64,000 nucleotides of DNA from positions 24,428,001 through 24,492,000 of the forward strand of contig JBHGNT010000001.1 of the NCBI GenBank assembly GCA_043228905.1, in the 5' to 3' direction. The notes under the pieces were generated by a model. The model saw nothing but the letters and a program-made list of their open reading frames with translations, did no database searches and was not told where the DNA came from. Made by a program: the position numbers and the translations under genes. This document shows positions 47,843 to 59,660 of the stretch, one piece after another; the first letter of the stretch is position 1, and every line of letters begins with the position of its first letter. Origin of the DNA: Azolla caroliniana (lineage: Eukaryota; Plantae; Polypodiophyta).

Positions 47843-50800
47843 ATGCAGAGCTCTGCTTCTAATGGTTATAGTTTCATTGTTTCACATAAAGATTCAGAGG
47901 ATGGGAATAGGTACTGTGAAGGCCAAGAATCTGATCCATCGGGCCGGTATATCCGAGTAAGTACCACTAAAGTTAACACATTCATTCACGTACATACATC
48001 CAATCTAGAAAAAGAAAGAAAACCTAATTTGTTTAATTAATGTTGTAACTGAGCTTAACCATGTTTAAACAAATCCATTCACATACATATAGCTAATCTA
48101 GATTTTTTTTTAACTAATATTGTAACTGAGCTTAACCATGTTTAACACATCCATTGTTTTTCAACATTCATTAAACATTAAAGGGGTTCCGAATTCTCTT
48201 CAATCAGAACAAAACCCTGATCTCACCTAAGCTAACGTGGTACCTAAGTTTAATTATGGTTTTAACACTTCTATTCACATGGAGACATATGTCCTCGCAA
48301 CAAGACATGGGTTCCCAATTCTCTTCGTTCAGAAACAAAACCCTAATTTCATTTAAGCTGCAGGGGTACATAAACCCAACCATGCTTTTGACACTTTCAG
48401 TCAAAATGAGCATATAAACCTAGAAACAATATTAAATGGGTTCCTGAATTTCATTGCTAAAAATTGAAACCATATTGTATCTAGCTAAGTTGGCATCTAA
48501 TCAATCTTACCATTGTTTCCATATCCCTGCAAATCAACAGGAGCCTAAGAGCATAACAACAGGAAATGGTTGTTTATTCTCCTAAACCAGATCTAATGAG
48601 GAGTTATTACTTTATTTCAAATCTTTTCCTATAACGAGCTATGGCTGTTACAACTTATGGTGTGGCATAGATCAAAATGCAGCCACGGCTGAAATCGTAT
48701 CTCACACGATAAACTTTGTATGTATCATATCATGATAAACAGTGCATATGTCACATGACAGCCTTTGCATATATTGTATTATAGAATTTGGTCATAATAT
48801 CACAATTACATTTTGCGTATATCATGTAAACGATTCTACATTTGTTAAGCTTATTAATCTTTTCCAATTTAACTTGGTCAGTATAATGAAGTGCTTGGAA
48901 AAGGGGCCTTCAAGACAGTGTATCCTTTTAACAATGGAGTTTTAAATTAAATGTTATCTCTTCAGATTTTGACATATAATCCACAAGCAACCTCAGATAT
49001 ATGTGCACAATACACACACGTATACATACATACACATATGTATGCATTGGGTGTGTTAAAACCTTGACATATTGCATAGGTACCGTGCTTTTGATGAAAT
49101 AGATGGCATAGAAGTGGCATGGAATCAGATAAAATTGCAGGATGTTCTTAATTCACCAGGAGATCTCGAGCGGTTGTATTCTGAAGTTCACTTGTTGAAA
49201 ACATTGAAGCATAAAAACATCATCAAATTCCACCACTCGTGGGTCGATATGAAGTCACGGAAAATCAACTTCATAACTGAGTTTTTCACTTCTGGAACAC
49301 TTAGAGAGTGAGTTTTCTTTCTTGTATTCATTCCATCTTTTCCTTTGTTACAACAAATTATAGTGTTTTTCTTGCATCGAGGACCATGTTTATGCCATTG
49401 CTTTGTCATTTTTTGTTGATGATGAAGGTATCGTAATAGGCATAAACACGTGAGCATCAAAGCAGTAAAGAATTGGTGTAGGCAAATCTTACGAGGCCTT
49501 CTGTATTTGCATAGTCACGATCCACCAATTATTCATCGTGATCTGAAATGTGACAATATTTTCGTCAATGGAAACCAAGGAGAAGTTAAGATAGGAGACC
49601 TTGGTTTGGCAGCAATCCTTTTTCAGTCTCATTCAGCTCATAGTATCATTGGTAAGCTTAAATTGGCACTCTTTTGATATGTACATAGACTTTTTATGTA
49701 TATTGTATGTAGAAGGGGTATGTATTTGTACCCTTCTTTCGTTAAATATATACTTTAAGGAAAATGTGTCATCAACGTTTTGATGATTTTCAGGCACTCC
49801 AGAGTTCATGGCTCCGGAATTATATGAGGAACAATACAATGAACTTGTAGATATCTACTCTTTTGGCATGTGTTTGCTGGAAATGGTCACATTTGAGTAT
49901 CCATACAGCGAGTGCATAAATGCAGCTCAGATATACAAGAAGGTTACATCTGTAAGTATATGATCCTTCTAGGGTTTGAACGAAACTATATGGTATTTAT
50001 CGAAGTTTTTCTACATCATTTTTTCCCTTGGACAGTTTTTTTTTGTATGCATATTGGAAACCATTTTTCTAGTTGGGAAGCCAAATTCAGGGATTGTTAC
50101 TTACTAATTGGGGTACTCTCGACGAAGAACAGGGCATAAAACCGGCGGCATTAGATAAGATAGAAGATAAGGAGCTTCGGCGATTCGTAGAGAAATGTCT
50201 TGCCTCTGCCTCGAACCGACAACCTGCAAGGGAGCTTCTTATGGACCCATTCCTACAACCCGAACGGAGCCATGATGTAACATTGACATGTGAGCCCAAT
50301 CTTATTAATGAATTGTGAGACATGTATTTTACATAGCATAGTGCATGGATATACCATTTTATAATGGGTGCATACACAAATTTGAGTCTGAAAATAGGGG
50401 TTTTTTATGAATGCATTTTGATGTAGAGGATTTACACATATAGTAGTGTACTAGTAGCATCCATCCATCATGAAGCCAGTATACATAAAGACATGTTTTT
50501 GAGAAGCTCCCATTTTGCTGTTGGCCAATGCAGCAAATGCATCAAATGCCATACAGATGTCCTCAGCACCTACTCTCGTGGACAATAGTACATATCATGA
50601 AAATGCATTTGTCCCTGACATTCCACTCCATGCAATTCCACACCATCTGAATGAGGAGAAAACGGGTCGGAACCTGTCTTTTCAATTGAAAGGAAAGAGG
50701 CGAGAAAATCATACCGTATATCTTCGTCTTCGGATCACTGAAGATGGTGCCTACTCTCTTTCAACTTCATACTTATTTTTTTGAAAAAAATGTCTCAATT

Positions 50801-51920
50801 TTGCTTCAGCTAAAAAGATTGTAACTTACATTGAGTCCCCAAGGACTGACATTCTTTGTTTATTATAGGTGAGGTTCGGATCATACATTTTCCTTTCCAT
50901 GTGGAGTCAGACACTGCAATGTGTGTGGCTAGTGAGATGGTCGAGGAGCTTGATCTTGCGGGTCAAGATGTAATCAAGATAGCCGACATGATCGACTCAG
51001 CCGTTATGTTAATGGTACCCGAATGGAAGCCCGGTGTGGCCTTGGTAGACCACCTCGAAAATGAAGATGACCCGGACAAGGAGCCCACACAAGATGGGCA
51101 CTACTACAGTATGTGGTCCGACATGTCCACGTTTTCCTCGGATAGTTCGCTCATGAACGATCAAGGATCACTACTAGGTTTGGATGATTCGATGGGGGGA
51201 AGGAAATGGGCAAGTGGTGTGGCTCTTGGACCACAAAGAGAGAATGTGGTCCATGGACGCTTCGAAGAAGTGACATATCATGAGTGTCGAGTTGAGCATG
51301 TGGATCATATAGAGGAAGAGAGATGCTCGGTCGATACGTTGTCTTCTCAAGGAATAAGGGAATGGCAACTGAGTGGTGAGCCGATGACAAATGACAGATT
51401 GCTAGGGGATCCATTAGATTTCCACGAAAAAGCTACTCACATTGATTCATTTGATGATGGGCCAGTGGTCATGGATGATGATCGGATGCTATATCATACC
51501 CTCGGCTATGGGAACCTTAGTATTGATGAGGAAAATGATGAACTCCTTATGCAACAAATAAGAGCTCTAACTCTTAGCTATGAAAAGGAGGTAGATGAAC
51601 TTCGTCGTAAACACGAGGATGCAATTCTTGAGCTAAGGAAACAATGGAAAGACAAGAAAGATGCATGCTCTAGCTTTTCAAAGTATAGTTCACAAACACG
51701 AGGACTTAGCAATGAGACTAGAGATGAGGCATTGGCATTGGCATTGGCAATTGCAAACAAACAAAAGGAAGTGTATCTTCTGTGTGGAGAAAATAGTGAA
51801 CTCTCTATTAGCAATTCAAGAAGCAATAATGATGAGACAGACAACTCAAATAATCGGTTATCTTTCAAAGAGCTAGCAACTTTGCTAGCAAATATAGGGT
51901 CTTCTAATCATGATTCTTAG
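47843..51920 (+). CDS. WNK: WNK (With No Lysine) Ser/Thr kinase, 8 coding exons: 47843-47956, 48882-48919, 49080-49307, 49428-49651, 49794-49951, 50133-50289, 50534-50746, 50869-51920 (2184 nt, 727 aa)
   Basis: DPSGRYIR|[13 protein letters not shown]|[41 protein letters not shown], and C-terminal [25 protein letters not shown] domain. All introns are GT-AG with consistent phases. The exon 6/7 boundary and the start codon are least certain. Confidence 0.93.
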
Positions 51921-54900
51921 CATGCTTGAAAACATAACTTTTTAAAAGTATGGGGTAAAATGAGGAGAGGATCCATCTCCCTTCACATCAAGTCCATAGA
52001 TAGATACTCTTTAAAGTCTCCTTTTGGCCCAACATATGGATTTTGTCCATGATGGTGGTAACCAATAGCTCAAAGCACACGAGAACGAAGTAGCCATTAG
52101 AACTATGTAATGTATGAAGTGGTGGAATGACATTCTGTATGTATATATACATTCGAGAAAGAAGTCATTTGGGACCATTTGGGTCTTGTAATATGAGAGT
52201 TTTTTAGTGTGGAGGGAATAGAAGAAACCCTTATCCCTACAGATAGGGATTTGTAATAGTGATGGAAATGGCCGCATATGGTCAATAAGGAAATTATTTT
52301 GGTATTGAGAGAGAGCATCCTAATGAATATATGCATGGGTAAGCATAAATAATGAAAATGCAACTTGTGAGGGACTTAAACTCTAAATCTCACGACATAA
52401 ATCTTAAAAAAACCTCTATTCCTAATCCCTAAACCTTCAATAAAAACCTAAACCTCAGATCCACACTAATCGTAGATGTAAATGCTAAATGTGAACCCCT
52501 AACCCAAACTAAATCTAGATAAGGACAAGATGGCAAGTGCATGTGGGCTCTCAAAGCTATATATTGCATTCCCATTCATTCAATGAGAGTGTCAATAGTA
52601 AGTGCACACCGTTTTTTATGGACTCAATCTATGACTATCCACAATAGCTCATGAATACAAATTCAAAACAACATTTAAATGGATAGTCTTTATTGTCAGA
52701 ACCAAGGAATGAAGGTCAAGAATTTGACACTTGAATTTAAATAAGAGGCTAGTCTCTAAACCTCGGTCAGTATGTCCCTAGGCATGTAAATATTGGATCT
52801 CTAGCACATGAATGCATCCTTAGCTACAGTGATGTTATGACACTGTATACATGGCACATGGCTGTTTGTAGAATATTTCAATTTTATATGAAAATGCTTG
52901 TAATAAGATAAATGACCCTTAGTTAAAAAGAGGTGTAGTGAGAGTAAATTGTTGACTGCCATCCAACTTAGGCACATTCATATGTTAGAGGGTCCATCTC
53001 TTATTCAGCCATGCACCGTTTGTATTAGCTAACCTTTACATGAGGCATTTATAAATACACGATTGCATCTTTATTTGATGAGAGTTGTAGGTGTCATCCA
53101 ACATGTTGATTATATGCTAAACCTATGGTAGCAATGTCCAAGAAGCCAATGACTATCAACTCAACAAATTGCAAAACCTTTTTTTTTCTTAATTTAAAAT
53201 GTGGAAATGATTTCGGATATTTGGTATCCTACTAGCCATGGTGATCATCCATATAACAAATGTTCTCCTGTTGAGGGAGGTTCTAGGTCTTGACAAATGT
53301 TTATAAGCTTGAAAGAATGACATGCATACCAATTTATCTAATCTTCAAAGTAGGCTCATATGGTAAGGGACATTGACTAGATGTAGTTCCATCACCTATA
53401 CGATGTGTAGGTTTGAATAATAGTTTCATGATGAAGAAAAAGATATTGCTAATATTTGGCAACCTCTTTATGAATATCAAATTACTTTTCCATTGATTTC
53501 CTGTGGATTCTTTGTAAATGTGACTCTACTCACTATGCATTACGTTGAGCATATGATAATATATGACATTATACACATATATGTACATAGAGAGAAAGAG
53601 ACACTTAATTTGTTTTTGTCCTCTTTCTTACTCAAGACATGTTACCAAGGTAGTTAGATTTGTTTAAAAGGTGTATTCTCAATTATCTATTATGCTTATG
53701 TATGCATAATGCCATTATCTTGTATTAAAAGGCTTTCAAAAAGCCTAATATTTTTTGACATTTTCCTCGATCTAGAAATTGAGATGGGATATTGGGTTGT
53801 CAATAAATGGGCATCCTTTTATAGAAGGTACCGTCCTTTGTCTTTAATTCTTATCTTTGGCTTTCACTATGGGTCTTTGGTCTTTAATTCTTTGTTGGCT
53901 TTCATAATGTAAAATACTTCGTAAAAGTTGTACGATTACTTGGAATGCAATAACGGGCAAACCTAACTTTCGCACTATAGCCACTACAAATCAATACATC
54001 TTTAACCGAACTTGATACCCTTGTATTTATGTATGCATGTGATGATATCATCTATTTTATGTTATAAGCGATGTTGTAGTATTTCAAATTGTTGATCAAA
54101 TTGTATATTATCTTCGAAGGAAAAAGACTCTTGGGCGTTTTCTTATATTAAAATGGCTCCTTATTCTTTATCAATGATGTGACTTAGAATATCAAGTTAA
54201 ACTTCTTTAAAAGCCCATCAATTAATTCCTTAAAAAAGAAATTCAATCCAAGCAACATAATAATACATCATGATCAAACAAATGTAAGAGAATAATTGGA
54301 AACCGAAGTCGCCGATGAGAAGACAATTATTAAACGTATGGTAGCACATATCACGAATGTCTGACCACTCATATTTTGAGTTTAATTCATTGAACGAAGA
54401 TAACAAAATGCTCATGAATACAATAAATTCTAGCATAGTGTATGATCAAGTGGATAAAAACAAAGGCAAGACTCATTTTGAAACCAACATGCAACATGGC
54501 ATTAGATTACAACACAATCCCACTGGCATAATTATCGATAGAGAAGGGAGAAACATGATTTTGATTAACATGTTTTACATTATGTCCATCCTATTATTGA
54601 TGTATTAGAAGGGAAACCTAATGTTGTTTCTTTTGTGGGCATGTAATGACATGCATCATGTGGCTAACATATCCCCACACATTGTTTACGACATTTTTTG
54701 ATGCTATAGAATATACTCTCTGTCGTATTTGGAATTGTTGATTAACTTGTATATTATTCAAACATAAGGTTTAATGGATTAAGCAACATACAAATGGAGG
54801 ATTTGCGGGTTCTTTCTTGTTTGTCAATGATGTGACTCAAGGAATTCAAGTTGGAATTTTGTTTAGACATGAATGATTAATTCTGTAGAGAGACACTCTA

Positions 54901-57469
54901 CCATGGAGAGAGTAAAAGCTTCCAAATAAATACAATACTTGATGGAACAAACCCATCATTGTAACTCCAACCAACATAGATAAACCTTGGATCACTAGTT
55001 CAAGTTAATCAATGAGAAGACTAAACATACAACACATTGTGCAACATCTTCACTTCTCCAAATGTCACCCATATTTTTATTTTGCACCTGTAATAATGAT
55101 CAATCTGTTATCTTTCTATAATAGTATCACCTCTACATGACTTGATTGAACCAAATCATAAAGAGGGATAGAGAAAGCTATAATAAGATCCTTGTATCTA
55201 AATACGTAGGAGGATTTATGCTTGGAAAACAATTAGTAAAACCCCGTTTCATTTGATTGTATAGATTTTTAAATAGCTTAACATACTTCAAACTTATATC
55301 CTCATTCACAAGCAAAAGCCTCTAGCACTCCTTAAACTAACAACGAAGTAAACTAAAATGCATACTTAGTGCTGAACTCACAAACTTTATGTTGCATGAT
55401 TTATTTTAGTGACGGACTATATGATGGTTTCAGGCTCTGTACACAAGCAAAATAAACTTAAGTTTAATATTGATAAATCCATTTTTAAGAGGAGAATGTA
55501 CATTGAGATATTTTCATAAAATTTCTTAGTTGCAATGTGAATTTTGCAACCCTAATTGTATTTACATAGTACATAGGTTGTCGTCAAAAATGTGTTGGTG
55601 CATATTTTCTCGCTACATATTTGAGTTGTATTTTGAAGCTCTATATGTTGGATGTCAAATCTTGACCAAGCAAAAACCTCCTTATTACAAACACCATGTT
55701 GGTTTGATTACACTATTAGAAGGGTCAATAAAACTATTTAATCGAATATACAAATATAGATGCATAATATGCATAACGATGTTAAGACATAATTGTGTTT
55801 GTTACCCTAGGAAAGTCCCTACAAAAAATGTAGTGAAGGTTAAATTTCCCAATGTCCAGTACTTGGACATGGGTATTCTAAAACTTTTGGAACTACTTCG
55901 AGATATATCAAAGAATGTTACTACAACTAACTGCATGAAAAAAAAGAAGTAGATATATTCATACAATGTCAAAATTCTCAATTCTACAATTGGACATTGT
56001 TTAAAATAGGAAAGAAAGTATGGCCAAAGCAACCAATTTTTGGAATGTAACGTGATGTTAAAAGTTTGATAATTCACTATATTTTGTAGGATCTTGAAGG
56101 TAATGTATAAAATGTGGCAATACTTTTGGAATAATACCCTAGGACAAACAAATGAGGGAACAAGCACAAAAGAGAGGTGTTATTACAAGAGGGTATGTGC
56201 CAACACAAGATTATTATTGACAAAGGAGCTACATAAAATGACATACAATGTTTTCTGGAAATACATCCTTTAGGCTTATTTTTTCATTGAGAAGATGTGA
56301 CAAACACCACAATACTCTAGAAATGTATATACATATAGATTTTGAAAGACAAATTTTTTTTTTTCCAAAAATTTGAAAGACAATTTAAAGAAAGTCAACA
56401 TATGAATAGAGATAGGAAATCATAATATATAAATTTATAAGTGGTAAGAATCAAGATCAAAGATATAGTATTGTCAAGGCGCATGTCAGTATCACAAAGT
56501 GTCCAATTGTTTTCTAGATAAAACGGTCATGATGCAATAGGAAAGATGAGAAATTTTGAAATGCAATTAGACTTGAACCACATTCCAGGCCCACACATGC
56601 TTGATTCTTATAGTAATAGAAAATGTGAATATAGACACTAAAATAAAAACATCACATCTCAACATTATTGAGAGCATACAATTAAGAATTTTTTGTGGCA
56701 CTAGTGACAATATTAAACAATACATTTAAAAATTGGTTACAAATGTTAGGTAATGATAATGCCATTGACAGAAGTGTTGTATTCCCCAACTTCCAATAAT
56801 CTATTCACAATAATAGCAGTTGAGGAAAGAATGTGCTCATAATAAGCATATTATTTTGTGAAACGATAGCAACAAAAATGCAAATCACATGAAAATTGTT
56901 TGTAGTTTTCATGTGTTTGTTAGCTTGTTGTAACAAAAACTAAAATGGAAATAGATTGTGAAATGCAACAAGGCTCCTAAAGACTTGATTTAGAATAAGG
57001 GAAAGAACATCTTAATAAGAAATTATGTTTATGGCTTATAAAGTTTGACTAATATTGTGGTTGTTCATATGTGTGTGTGTAGTAAATAATGCTAATCAAA
57101 TTTATAACTCAAGTGCCTATGAATATCTTTTGTTGGTGTTTTCTTATTCATTATAAAATTTGAAGTGTATGTCCAATGAACTTTTGTCAAATTTTTCCAT
57201 TAATTCAAGTTTAAGATTTTCTCCTATACTCTCTCACTTAAACGCCGCTTATCTTGCCCACCTCTCCTTTATTCCAATTTCATTTGGTTTCGTGAAATGA
57301 TCCTCAATTGGGTGCTCTCTAGAAGTGAACTAATGAGAATTTGCTCTCTTTTGAGGACCACATAATGTGTGAACATTGTTGTGACATTTTGACATTAGCA
57401 ACATGTTTGGCATTATAATGTTACACTCAATGAACCTTGTCACTAAACCATGGGTAGTTCTATCAACCC

Positions 57470-57830
57470 ATAAGGCATATGACTCTCTTCACCACTACTC
57501 GATGTGACATTCCTGTCGTTCACTTCGGGTGGAGCCAGAGAAATCCTCCCTTCAGAAAGTACTAGTAGGCTTTCTTCTGTATTCGTAGAGCCTCCTCCTT
57601 CGTCCACGAAGCATCCACAGTCATTGTTTTTAAGAATCTACTGATCAGTAACCATTCTCCTTTGTCCTTGTTCTCGTTGAAGGCGTGGAGGGTTGGCGTG
57701 CCCTTGTCTTCTGCCGATAGTTGGGCCATCTTGAAGAAGTCGAGGGTGACGTCTTCATCTTCCGAAACCATGTCACTTTCATTCTTAAATACGGCCCTCG
57801 ATTGTAGTTCAAAAACGTTGCCGGCCACAA
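57470..57830 (-). pseudogene. Old fragment of a Gypsy B-related element (RH-INT linker)
   Basis: SRAVFKNESDMVSEDEDV...AFNENKDKGEWLLISRFL...WTKEEALRIQKKAY aligns by eye with 15795-16050. Confidence 0.8.
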
Positions 57831-59167
57831 CCGGTTTTGCGTGTGCGGAATAATAGTCAATCTAATGGAAAGGAAAAACAGAATACAAAAACTGAGAATG
57901 ACACAGATTTTGACGTGGAAACCCGAAATGGGAAAAACCACGTGGAGTCCACAAACTCCGAAACAGAACACTATGAGAGAAAGGAATACAATCAGAGATC
58001 TCAGAGGCAACGACCTCGAGATCCTGCTTCGCCAACAGGCGGCTATGGAGCTCACATGCTTCCACTCACACTCGTTCACTGTCACAGTTACGGAGGCAAC
58101 AACCTCGTCAACAGTAACTTTTCAATAACACACTTATCTAACATGATTGCCCTAAGTACTTATATACTAATGTAACTTTTCGACTATTTACAAGTTTCGC
58201 CTTCCGTGTTGGCTATCTCCATGATTTCTGGTTTCGGCCGGCCTCGGCCGAGCTGCTCATCAACACGGTTCTTCTCACTTCCCATCTTGAGGGACCTGTT
58301 TCCTAACAAACTCCCCCTTCACTCCGGCATGGGATGTCTTACTAGTCCGATCCGCCTCCGACATGCATCCAGCTTGTCGGGTATCAGTACTTTGGTCAAC
58401 ATATCTTCGTCAACGCGAAATCTCGATCTTCTACTCGCTCCTGGATCCAATGATACCTATGCTGGATGTGCTTCGTCCTAGAATGGTATGTTGCGTTCTT
58501 AGCAAGGTGGATGACACTTTGACTGTCGCAATAGAGCCGATATTCATCTTGCCGGATACCGAGCTCTCTGGTGAAGTCCTTCATCCATAATATTTCCTTG
58601 CTGGCTTCAACAACCGCCATGTATTCCGCCTCCGTGGTTGACAACGCAACCGTCTTCTACAGCCTCGACTGCCACGAAACAGCTCCCCCTACACATGTCA
58701 TTACATACCCAGATGTAGATCGGCTGGTATCCACGTCAGCCGACATATCCGAATTGGTAAAACCGTGAAATTGAGGTTTACCGGAGCCGAATCGGAGACA
58801 CATATTCGAAGTGCCCTTCAAGTACCGGAGTATCCATTTGACCGCGTTCCAGTGCTCCTTTTTGTTGGGATTGCTCATAAACTGGCTCACCACTCCAACT
58901 GCGTATCCAATATCCGGTCGAGTACACACCATTGTGTACATTAAGCTCCCGATGGCAGAAGCATATGGAACCTTCATCATATCTGCCTTCTCTGCTTTCG
59001 TCTTCGGGCTTTGCTTACCGGATAATCTGCAGTTTGCCAGGAGTGTCGATCCGACCGGTTTCGCTTCTAACATGTTGAACCGCTGAAGCACCTTTGTCAC
59101 GTATTTCTCCTATGACAACCACAATTGCTTCTTTGACCGGTCCCGGATGATGTGCATCCCTAGTGTC

Positions 59168-59240
59168 ATGATATGGCAAGACTCGAACCCATGACCTTAT
59201 GGTATATGGGTCGAGCTCTTAACCATCACACCATCTATTG
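59168..59240 (-). promoter_or_regulatory. tRNA-like sequence with Pol III A and B boxes, antisense, at the start of the chromovirus LTR (second copy ~62772-62844)
   Basis: Minus strand atggtgtgatggttaagagc...aggtcatgggttcgagtcttg: A box TGGTGTGATGG and B box GGTTCGAGTCT at tRNA spacing. Confidence 0.7.
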
Positions 59241-59588
59241 TAATTCATAGGATATTATTTTCATTTATGTTTTATTATAAGAAAGTAATGTATATTCCAG
59301 ATTTCTCTGGAACATTCTAGAAGTTTCAGGATTACTCCTGACAACACTATAAAAGAAGGCACTAGGCATTATGTTGAACCAAATTGGTTCAACGCCAGTC
59401 TTAAGCCTCTCAGCCGCTTTGTACTTAATTTTTCACATAAAATATTAGCTGCTGTCATCATCTTTCTCTCTCTCTCCTCTTCTCACTTCCTCTCTCGGGA
59501 ATCTTACGCAGTCCCGTCCTCTTAGTACTAATAGTACTTCTATTCTTAGTACTAATTCCATCTCTGCTTTAGTACTATTCCTGACAGT

Positions 59589-59600
59589 TTGAACCAATTT
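59589..59600 (+). promoter_or_regulatory. Self-priming type PBS (non-tRNA)
   Basis: ttgaaccaattt, 2 nt after the LTR, is the exact reverse complement of aaattggttcaa at 59381-59392, which lies ~33 nt after the TATA start (tataaaa, 59348). Confidence 0.8.
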
Positions 59601-59660
59601 TTTCCTTTCCTCCAGCCTACTTGTCGTTCTCCCTCATCCTCCTACCCTTTTCCCTATACT

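Noticed and set aside
52410-52520. Telomere-like ccctaaa/cctaaac motifs
   Set aside because: Few, scattered and degenerate; not a real array.
54070-54860. Weak ~650-bp-period duplication (tcaatgatgtgact, ttgtatattat blocks), and short duplications in WNK intron 1
   Set aside because: Too diverged to delimit by eye; probably old local duplications with no evident function.
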